64,000 bases of DNA from Paecilomyces variotii (taxonomy: Eukaryota), in assembly GCA_004022145.1 (NCBI GenBank), contig RCNU01000011.1; one strand, written 5' to 3'. Made by a program: the position numbers and the translations under genes. Below are positions 25,244 through 35,685 of the stretch, piece after piece (position 1 is the first letter of the stretch; every line of letters starts with the position of its first letter). The notes beneath the pieces are model-generated. The model saw only the letters and a program-made list of their open reading frames with translations, did not search any database and was not told the DNA's origin.

Positions 25244-25944
25244 CGTCGGACTGATAAATAATAATATACAAACAAACAGCTAAAGCGACTGTAATTAATA
25301 CGCCACAGAAAACTGACAGGGTTGATCATCTCCAACGACATCCTGCGACTTATATAGGGGCCCAGGATCTTACGCTCACGAAGCCTCACAGGGGGCCCTT
25401 ATTGGGGCTGAGTGGACATTCCTGAGGAATTAATTTAGATCGCGCACCCAAAAAGGGTCTCTAGAGTGGAGAATCGATTGTCGAAAACGCCGCTAAATAG
25501 AGATTATTGAAGTTATTCAGTAGTTATGATTTGAAATTATACAGAACATTGTCATGAACCTATGGAGAACCTAGCGGCATTAGCCAGGGATGTTCGGATG
25601 ATCGATCGTCTTAAGGCTCCATGTCAGTCTATGATCGGCCACGCTGTCGATCATCCATTCCGGTTTTCCGGGTCAGTGAGCAATTATTAGTTTCAGTAGT
25701 CTAGGTCCTAGTTAGCTTCTCGGTTGACGACCATTTTATTTCCAGCGCTCAGGCCCAAGTTGAGCTGCAGCGAAGCTTTACTGTACCACGTCAAAAGTTC
25801 TCGGCGCGCCGCTTCCCGCATCTATATGGTTTCAAGTTGAATATGTACTATTCAACACCTAGAGGTGCTAGGGCTGTAGGATTTTGATATGGCATGCTCA
25901 AATCCTGTTTCTTGAATTACATAGGGAGAAATAGCATCTATCAT

Positions 25945-26200
25945 CTAATAAGTATACCGTTCCTTTGCCAGCAAAACTGCATTTATCCTCAATTGTATCG
26001 ACTTAAGCAACCCATTGAAGTATTCTTGACCTATATCGTCCCACGGCTATTGAACAAGCTGTTTAAACCATTCTAAGCTCTTGAGTTCAAATCTACTGAA
26101 TATGACGGCTATGACATGACTGGAATCCCATCATCTCCAAACCATGCCTTAACTTTCCGAGCTAAATAAATTGGGGTAATATCCCACCTGAATTCCGAGC
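25945..26200 (-). mobile_element. C-terminal fragment of a Tc1/mariner-superfamily (Tc1-like DDE) transposase
   Basis: Hand translation gives WDITPIYLARKVKAWFGDDGIPVMS*PSYSVDLN...*PWDDIGQEYFNGLLKSIQLRINAVLLAKERYTY*, matching the Tc1 pattern QDNAPIH..WP.YSPDLNPIE...W..I......L..SM..R..AVI.AKG..T.Y. Confidence 0.75.
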
Positions 26201-26477
26201 CCGGTTCCTATATAGAATAAAGATATCTTCCCAGCTTTTTAGATAGGAGTCTGAAAAGTACCGTGTACGCTTAGACTTATGATCTTAGTCCATATATGTT
26301 ATATCTGAATACCTATCGCCCCAGATCGCTGCTCATGTCCAATTCCTATGCTTGTAGGCCTCATAACGCAATTTGGCATACTGTCCACTTGTGTGCTGAG
26401 CTTTAACATCACTGAATCAAGAAGACCGACGTCGAAAACATTTTCTTGCCTCGGCCAGCTGAAATAGAGCGTTTCTC

Positions 26478-26854
26478 ATGGCCTCCGCCCGAAGCCGACG
26501 CATCCTTGCCAGATGCGAAATCATCTGGGGCAAAGGCGACTATGACATCGACCTTGAAACCGACGACTGGTCAACGTCCTGGGCAGTTGTCAAGCAGGAC
26601 TTTGGCGATGAGTTTGGACCGCCTTTGACCATGACTGCGCCGCGTGGCTCCGAGAATGGGGCAATGAGAGAGTTGGCAACTTGGACCGGATGCTAGGCAT
26701 ATGGGCGCAGCAAGTACAGAGCGGACACCCAATGACAGATGCTCAGAGCCTGGAGATCTTTTGTGGACCTCGCAGAGACAACGAATGGACCTTGAAGCAG
26801 TTTATTGCTAAGCTGAACGAAAAAGAGAAGGACAATGAGGCGTCACAGGCCTGA
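26478..26854 (+). pseudogene. Small fungal hypothetical gene disrupted by an 8-bp insertion
   Basis: MASARSRRILARCEIIWGKGDYDIDLETDDW...GPPLTMT...MREL continues as DRMLGIWAQQVQSGHPMTDAQSLEIF...EASQA* once CAACTTGG (26677-26684) is removed. Confidence 0.7.
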
Positions 26855-27802
26855 GACAGAAGTTTCCCTCTTCCTCTCTGCCGCTCCTAAAGAGATAAGA
26901 AGTTGCAACGCGTTAGATTCGAACATGCAGACAAAGCATTCATTACTCCTCATTTTGCAAGGTGTCCATTCACGTCTCAAATCGAATGTCTAATAGAGCG
27001 ACGACATTATATCTCTTGCAATCCACGTCCCCATGGTGGATCGGTAGCATATCAAAGAGGATGTTCTGGATATTTTGTTATACTTCAGGCAGCGGCATAG
27101 TACAGGGTAACATCCCGAGAATACGTTCAATTCCCAATTTTGCTTTCGTGCATCATGATTCGAGATTTATCCTCGTGGAACAGCACTGCCGACACCTAGA
27201 GTGATATACCAGAGAAGAAGTAGCCAGAAACTACGTAGTTCATACAATGGGAACTGCAGTCTGGATCTTACTATACAATCTAATTTCCTTGCCCGGTTAT
27301 ATCTTTCCTGATAGCAGAGATATCCGCCAAGTACAGAAACGATAGCATTTGGTTATGGACAGCTGGATTTCCTTGCTATAGTGAATGATCACGAGATCCC
27401 AAAGTCCTCGGATCTCAAGTATCAATTTTTAATTTTATGACGGAAAACCCGTGTCTCGTAGGAATGGAGGTCGTCCGTACTGTTTAGGATTATTAAGTGG
27501 ACCCGGCCTGGCATCGTATATGGCTCCAGTCTGTTGTTGATATATCACTATGATCTGCATTTAACCGACTCTGTTTATCTAGTTCTTCTAGAATGGACCC
27601 TTTAGTTCCGGAAGCGACTTTTTAATCGTCAGGTCGCATGTAATGGAGAGTCCTAGACGTGATCCCGCAAGCTCTCGTGAGACCTCACAACTATACACAT
27701 AGCAAAGAGTCAACAAATAGACAACACCACCACCATCGCGATAGTAATAAACGAACTAAAAGGAAAGAGCAAAATAAAAATAAAAATAAAAATAAGTACC
27801 AC

Positions 27803-27995
27803 AAAAAAGCTCACACCCGCGAGCACTCATCCACAGGACGAGAGATGGAGGGTGTTACGAAAACCCCGCCTATGCTTTTGGCGGGCAGGGTTTTTCTTCG
27901 AAAATCCAAGGAGCCTCTCCAAGGTTCGAACAGGGAGCCTCCAGCTAGATGGGGTGGACTAGCTTTGTACCACTGCGCCATCTGGACTCCCTGAC
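27803..27995 (-). ncRNA. Candidate RNA polymerase III transcript (~185-190 nt) with a tRNA-type internal promoter, not a canonical tRNA
   Basis: A box TGGCGCAGTGG (27980-27970), B box GTTCGAACC (27931-27923), TATATA ~30 nt upstream (28019-28024), several hairpins, terminal GCTCGC-GGGT-GTGAGC stem-loop and TTTTTT (27808-27803). Confidence 0.65.
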
Positions 27996-28714
27996 TGATG
28001 AATGAGCCTTTGTTGTGGTATATATGTGGGGGTGGATGAATGGGATTCTTTGTTCTGACGTGGGTCTGGTTGGATACGGCTTTGTATGTAATATGGAATG
28101 ACCGGATTATTAGCTTTCGAGAGCCGGATTCACTTGTCTAGTATGATTATCCTCTAGTCCCTGATACCTATATATGTGGTGCTCCTAGGCACAGGACCGA
28201 GTAAGTAGCTTATAGAGTCGGACAACGTTTCTGGCATGTGAGGTCTGGTATATCCATCTGCTCACATAGAAGCTCTGCCCATGTATCAAATTCTGGCTTG
28301 GCAAGCTTGCATATATAGCTGATGAAAAAAGGAACTCGGCTTTGACTCACCCGTGAATCATCGGAGAGTGATAACTTACCATCAGGGCCGGATGCAACGT
28401 TAACTTATGCTCGATATCTACTATAGATATTAATATCCATTAGGCTTGACAAGAGGCTAATATGTTCGTTCTATGAAAATGGGACTGGTAGAAATGGAGG
28501 TCTCAGACTAGGGAAATCTTGCCCCAGAGATATCAGATGAGACGACACGAGTCCAAGAAAATCAAGGTCTAAAGGTAGAAGCAGGATAACGCTCTAACGA
28601 ACAGAATGGCCCATCGGGCAATTATGCTCCGAACCGCATTCGGGGAGAGATAAAAGAAAACTCATCACCTTCGTCACCTTGTCCTTCACGCCCTAGACTC
28701 AACAGTTCAAACCA

Positions 28715-30578
28715 TCACCCGGGCAATTTCTTTCCCAGCTTATCTTCGACAGCCCTTCTCAGATCTTCTCCTGTCGGCATTGTAACAACGCTTCCCCTCC
28801 TATTTCTGGCTTCTATTTCAGACCTGATTTCCTGCACAGCTTCGTCAATGTCACGAGCCGGATCATTTGGTAGTCCGAGGGTTGGCGCTCGAAGCGTCTC
28901 CTGGCTTGCAGTCCTCGGAATATGAGGCATGTTGCGCTTCTTCAATCGTTTCACCAGGATGGCTTTTGCTGGGCTTGCAAAGAAACCAATGATCGAGAAA
29001 ACGCCGATGATGCCGTAGAAATACACATGCGCCCAGACCCCAACAGATCCAGTGAAAGAGAGAATAATGAATGGGAGAACGACGAATGACATTGTGAGCT
29101 GCGTTGCAAACCAGGTCGCTGCATCGTAATAGCGCTTGTAAGGTGTCGGCTTGCTACCATCTGGAGTGAGGAAGAATGGCCGAACGTGACGACGGACATC
29201 TAGGGGACGGTGAGCAGGTCTACTTGACTAGTAAGAAGGTTTGCGAACTTACTCTTTGCCGCCATCTGCACAAACGAAGCGAGAATGAATGTCAGATAGT
29301 ATCCGGGATAGAAACCATGCCAGAAAGCGCTAGTCGCAAAGGTCGCTAAGCTGGCTCTGAAGCCGGGCTTCTTTCCTTTGGGAGTCACTCGTAGATAGAC
29401 GTAGTTTTTTAACCAGTGGTTTGTATTCTTGTTCCAGTTTCCGAGATAGGCGTATGTGTTTTGAGCCGTTTCAATGCCCCAGGGATTGACATTTTCTAGG
29501 CGATTCCAAAACACCTTTCCTGTCGTAGCGTCGAACCCATTATATCCCATACCAGATAGGATGCAGGCACCCTCCGTGAGTGACCAGACACCATAGTACT
29601 TCAGTCTCGTCGCGAAACCAAGCATATGCAGGATCCAAACACGTCGAGGGAAGGAGTACTTCATGTACTCTTCGCTTAGCACTGCATTTGGGAAGTAGAG
29701 TCTCCCGAGCTGCAAGAAGAGAAAGATCCACACAAGACCAATAAGTGCCTTCTTCGTTGCAGGAGTTCCACTTCGCGGTATCTTGCGCTTCTTTCGCGTA
29801 AGAGGTACCTTGGCAGGGTCTGTTCCCGGCGGTACATCAAACAAGGTTGTGGTGATCCACCGATGATAATCCACGTAGTCAAAAGCCGGGCCTGCGAAGA
29901 GGGAAGGGAAGAAGAGGATGTAACCGGCATAGTCGAGGAACCCTGGAAATTCTCTAATAGCAGCATATTTCTGTGCATCCGACAGGTCCTTCTGTGGCAA
30001 CCGGCCGTCATGAATATTCCAGCAGAACGCTGAAAGCTTCATAACCAGCACCATTTGTGCACCAGTAATATCGACAACAGAAGCATCATTTAGATTCTGG
30101 CGAGTTATATGGTTCAATGACATGTGGCCCATAAGAAAAATAAAGCCAATCCAAGGCATCAGAGAACCATCAATGTAATACGCGATGGCGTATGTTCCCA
30201 CCGCACTATATAGCAGCGTTCGTAGGCCATCCCACAGGTCGAACAACCCCACTAGGTAGAACAGAGAGACAGAAATAATGAAGACATTTTTCTTCCATGG
30301 TTGTGCATCTGGTAGTCTCTTGAGAATGCCGGCCAAAGGGTAGGATAGGAGGAACGATGCGATCAGTTTCACTACACAAAAAATCGGTCAGACTGGTTAT
30401 TTTCGTACGCGACACATAGTGGCTCCGACTTACATTCATCGACGGAGGCGCCTGTCAACTCCTCAAGGTAGTAGAAAGCTAAATTAGAGATAATTAGTAA
30501 TTGCTGGAGCTCGCATAATCGTCGTTCAAAAGCTGCTCAAGAGGGGTGAGACGCACGAGTATCGATGAAAGGCAACAT
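28715..30578 (-). CDS. ALE1: MBOAT-family lysophospholipid acyltransferase
   Basis: MLPFIDT start; DITGAQMVLVMKL, AGPAFDY, WNKNTNHWL and SAFWHGFYPGYYLTF (catalytic His); several introns. Confidence 0.93.
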
Positions 30579-30989
30579 GGTGGGACGGCAGCGCCAGTAA
30601 AAGCGTGCTTTGTCAGGATCGCAATTAAGAAAGGACAGGCATGCAGCAATGACACGATAAGAGAGGGGAGATTGATCTAGAGACAAGGACAATTGACTGT
30701 TGGGAAAAGCTGCGAGGACGATAAATAATAATATAGACGTCGATCAAGCGGCCGGCCAGCAGCAGGAAACGTCATGTGCCGCCGCCGCTCCACGCGATAC
30801 GGTGTCCGTTGAGCGATCGCTGTCCCGCCCATTCAACCCTACGAATCGGCCTCCACGAGATCATACTAGCCTCTGTTTCCCTCACGAAGCTGCAGAAGTG
30901 GTATTCGAAAGCTGCGCAGAGGTCTGGTCTGCGCGGTGACCGAGTCTCTGCCCTTCAGGGCCACCTGGCGCATCATCAGGCTACCCAAC

Positions 30990-32876
30990 ATGGACGTTGT
31001 CGCAGCCGTCGCCGGCTACATCTCCCGGATGGTGTCTGCTGGAGATGCAGCTGTGCCAGGGACGTCTTCTGCGAAAATGAAGATATTGCTTCTTGACAGT
31101 GAGACAGTGGGAAATGCGCTCTACTCGTGGTTGTGGTTCCAACTGACTTGCTCCAGCTTCCCGTCGTCTCTACCGCTATAACCCAGTCGGCCCTCCTTAA
31201 CCATGAAGTCTATCTCATTGATCGTCTCGATAATCAAACCCGCGAAAAGATGCGGCATTTACGATGTCTCTGCTTCGTGCGCCCGTCACCAGACTCCATC
31301 CAGTTCCTCATCGACGAGCTCAGGGAGCCGAAATACGGCGAGTACTATATTTATTTCAGCAACATCATCAAGAAATCGTCTCTTGAGAGATTGGCGGAGG
31401 CAGATGATCACGAGGTCGTGCGCGTGGTCCAGGAACACTTCGCCGACTTTCTCGTGATTAACCCGGACCTTTGCTCGCTAAATGTCGGTTTCCCGAAGCA
31501 GCGTATATGGAGCCATACTCCTGAACTGTGGAATACAGATGCGCTGCAGAGGACGACTGAAGGTGTCATTGCCATGCTTCTGGCGCTTAAGAAGAACCCA
31601 CTGATTCGATACGAAAAGAATAGTCTGTTGGCTAAAAAGCTGGCCACGGAAGTCCGGTACCAGCTAACCCAAGAGGAACAACTATTCAACTTCAGAAAGA
31701 TGGATACTCCCCCTATATTGTTGATTTTGGATCGCCGAGACGATCCTATCACCCCTCTGCTCACCCAGTGGACCTACCAAGCTATGGTTCATGAATTGAT
31801 TGGGATCCACAATGGAAGAGTCGACCTTAGCGGTGTACCCGACATTCGCCCGGAGCTCAAAGAGATAGTGCTATCGCAGGATCAGGATCCGTTCTTCAAG
31901 AAGAATATGTACCAGAATTTTGGTGACCTTGGTGGAAACATCAAGGAATACGTCGAACAGTATCAGTCTAAGACCAAGAGCAGCATGAGTATCGAGTCTA
32001 TCGCAGACATGAAACGCTTCGTGGAGGATTATCCTGAATTTCGAAAACTGTCCGGAAATGTCAGCAAGCATGTTACTCTCGTCAGTGAACTAAGTCGGAG
32101 AGTCGGTGAAGACAATCTGCTTGATGTCAGTGAGTTGGAGCAAAGCCTGGCATGTAATGAAAACCATGCAAGTGATCTCAAGGTAGGCAGTGTTCAGCCC
32201 GCACTATCATAAGGTATATATTACTTACATAGACTAGTCTCTACAAAGAATAATCCAGCTACCTACAGTACCGCCCGAGAATAAGGTTCGCTTGGTCGCT
32301 CTATACGCCATTCGCTACGAAAAGCAACCCTCTAATGCGCTACCTGTTCTCCTCGACCTGCTCACTGCCGCCGGGAATGTACCTCCTCACCAAATAAACA
32401 TCATTCCCAAGCTGCTGGCTTACCATCACTCGCTTCAGGCACCCCCTGTTGCTGGCGGGTTTTCAGATCTCTTTGAGTCTACATCGTTCTTCTCAGGTGC
32501 CCGGGACCGGTTCAAGGGTTTGAAGGGCGTTGAGAATGTTTACACCCAACATTCGCCGCGATTGGAGGCTACTTTGCAAAACCTCATCAAGGGGCGATTG
32601 AAAGAGCTGCAATACCCGTTCCTGGAAGGCGGTGGTCACACCAGGGACAAGCCGCAAGACATTATTATCTTCATGATTGGCGGCGCAACATACGAGGAGG
32701 CCAAGATGGTTGCTCAAGTAAATGCAAGCTCTCCTGGTGTTCGTGTGGTCTTAGGTGCCACTAGTATCCATAATAGCACAAGCTTTATGGACGAGGTCAA
32801 CGATGCAGTCAGTAGCTGGCCAGAGCCTCCTGCTTCCACAGCCGCTGGTAGGCTGCGGAGGGAGCTTGCGCGTTGA
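30990..32876 (+). CDS. VPS45: Sec1/Munc18-family vacuolar sorting protein Vps45
   Basis: MKILLLDSET, MRHLRCLCFVRP, LERLAEADDHEVV, DRRDDPITPLLTQWTYQAMVHEL, ENVYTQHSP and GGATYEE; two introns. Confidence 0.95.
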
Positions 32877-33203
32877 CCAGGGATACCTAGCTCTTTTGGC
32901 GCTGGCGTTCATGTATTAGCATAATATCCCCAATGTCGTTCCAAGGTAGAATACTCCATAAGAGACAAAATTAGTGAGAAATGCGACAAAAATAATGTAC
33001 GCCATATATCCATCCGGACTCAGTAGCTGCCAGCAGCATGTATTTTGATTCCGTATAGTATTACTGAAGGTTCTCGGCTTTTACGGGCACTACTTAAATG
33101 ACGGCAAACCCCAGATTCGGATGCGGAGAACTTTGGACAACCTCCGGACTTCGGACCGCTTCCCCTCGAGCTGTCCCTCACCAACAGCTCGGAGATCAAC
33201 ACA

Positions 33204-34373
33204 ATGGAGTCTCAGTATACTCCTCCCATAATAGGAAATGTTCTTTCACCTACGTCTGCAGCTCGAGAACCAAAGTTGCATCTACCTGCGACATCCGATC
33301 CCCCGGGCCCGCAGAATCCCCCGAAGCAGCTCGTATGGCTGGTATGGCGGCATCGAAGCAGATTTCTCCCTATACCCAAAAGCTTCTCTAACATGGAGGA
33401 TTGATTACAGATATTCGGTGCGACAGGCCACATGGGGCGCTCTCTCGTCAAATCCGCGCTCTTTCATAACGATCTCGTCGCAGCTGTGGGACGCACCTTC
33501 GAGAACACCCCTGCGTCCATGCAGAAGCTGCAAGCTGAGCACGAGAATTGCCTGGGACTTTTATGTGATGTTCGCGCGCGCGAGACGGTTAGGGATGCAA
33601 TAAATAGGACAATCGCCCACTTTGGCCGTATTGACATCATTGCCAACTGCGCCGGGTACGGTGTAATTGGGGCCTGTGAAGACCAAGACGAATACGATAT
33701 CCGCAATCAATTCGAGACGAACTTCATGGGTACACTGAATGTGATTCAGCTTTCACTACCATACTTTCGCGAGCGAGGTTCTGGACGGTATCTTATCTTC
33801 AGCTCGACGTCGGGGGCTCTTGGCGTACCTGGCTTGGGGCCTTATTGTGCGTCCAAGTACGCCGTAGAAGGGCTTATGGAAAGTATGTTATACGAAGTCG
33901 ACAGCTTCAATATAAAGGGCACACTTGTCGAGCCAGGTCATATGCGGCGTGATGATATTGGTCCAGTGCCACCCTCGACGGCACACATGAACGAACACAA
34001 CCTCTCAGCGCCTCTGCCACTGTATGGCCACTTCTTCATCAAGCCTGCCAGTGAGCCGTACAGCACCGCAAATGCTCCGGCAGGACATGCAAAGCGAATG
34101 ATTCAATGGTTTGGCGAAAAGCAGCCAACAAGCGCGGTCAAGGCTGCAGAATTGGTTTGGCAACTTGGGCATTGTTCATATCCGCCCCTACGCCTAATAT
34201 TGGGAGCCTATGCCGTGGAGAGTATTCGCGACCGGTTGAAATGTATCATCGAGGAAATCGAAGACTGGAAGCACCTCAGCTTTCCTCTGTCAGATGAGCA
34301 GTCCCAGTCTAACTCCAAGGATAAGGGTACGGCGAACAAGGGAGAGCTCGAAGAGACAACGTCTGGCGGTTGA
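33204..34373 (+). CDS. Short-chain dehydrogenase/reductase
   Basis: Spliced LVWL|IFGATGHMG (Rossmann motif), ANCAGYG and the YCASK catalytic motif; one intron ending at ~33410. Confidence 0.88.
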
Positions 34374-35685
34374 TGGGTACTCTTTATAGATAATGTCTTA
34401 TCAATCGACTGTCAAGTCCTATGTGCTCGATCAATTACTCGGGCCATGGATGATGCTGCTGTACCTCGAGGGGAACCTCCAGGTAACTTAGTCCAGTCGA
34501 TGGCATAACCGCCGCCAACGTCATCCTCAGATACCGGGCCGCTGTGGCTGCATTGTTGGTTACTCGAACGTCTGTAACCGAGCCCCTTTTATATCCAAGC
34601 TTTTCGGATAAGCTATGTCAATAGTGCTTCCTTCCATGGTATTTTACGTCACCTACCGTGGGATAGACGTGGGCCTTCCTGCCCTCTCGCAAGCAGAACA
34701 CGACACGCTAGGGCGTCTGCAGCCATAAGACGGAGACTCATGGATAACATGGAGTTACAGATTGTCTGGTAAATATGTGAATAGCAGTGTCCAACCACGG
34801 CAGGAATATGGGATAAACAGACGCCTGTTTTTCTCGGCGCTGCTGGTATACCTTGTGCGGTATCTCCTACCCACAGTGACTCGAAGGGAGTATACTGGTC
34901 AGCAGTTGTCAGACAGTGCAAGTGCAACATTTAATCCAGCCCCACCACCCAATGCGATTAAAGTTCTCATTTGACCTTCAGGATGGTGACTGTGTAGACT
35001 AGTTATGGTTACTTGCACATAGAGCTAGCATTATGGTCAATAGACGTCGTGAATGAGAATTTACGGAATTGGATATCACATTAGTACTGTTCTTCATTGA
35101 CAATATCTGGAGAAAATTCCTTGAACGACAAGTAGGATTAGGGATCAATAGAGTCCTGTCTTTAGTAGTTTTTGTAGTTCTGCATCTTGAAGTAGTAATA
35201 CTAGAAGCCATCCATGGATGTTATCTGCCTGATAAGCTAAACCAAAAGAAGCAAAATATACACGTGACAGCGCGATCCGGATGTTTCGCGTCTTGACCTT
35301 TTGATTGCCAATGAGAACGCTGTTTCTCTCATCGATAACTCTGGGATAATTCTGGCCCAGAGCAGTCCTATAAACCCTCCGGTATCTCTGGTTGTCGAAG
35401 AGTCGCGAGCATGGCTTAATTGTACCGATACAGCCTTGTTTCCCCGGCACAGGTGAGCTATTCCAATACGGGCTTCACTCCGTTCATAAGTGGGCGATCT
35501 ATATCCAATTAGACCATCACTTGAACGTCGTCTTTCCTGTGGTACGTTTCTGATGACGACTCTGTTATTCCACGTCGGCTCACGTCCGTTTTTCAGAAAC
35601 TGACGCTTAACATTAAAGATATTCCGTACATCAGCTCGCCGGATTTGGAATACATAACCGTGCTTACGGTCGTCACAACAAGAAG

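Noticed and set aside
15259-27802. Intact Starship or other tyrosine-recombinase giant transposon
   Set aside because: No captain-sized ORF or recognisable DUF3435 motifs at either edge, and no duplicated tRNA end or direct repeat found by eye.
27909-27990. Calling the minus-strand A/B-box element a tRNA (including tRNA-Sec)
   Set aside because: D stem and T stem do not pair, the loop in the anticodon position is 10 nt, and the unit continues ~100 nt to the terminator.
34620-35450. Possible gene relic between the SDR and TDP1-like genes
   Set aside because: Short ORFs on both strands with no motif I can identify.
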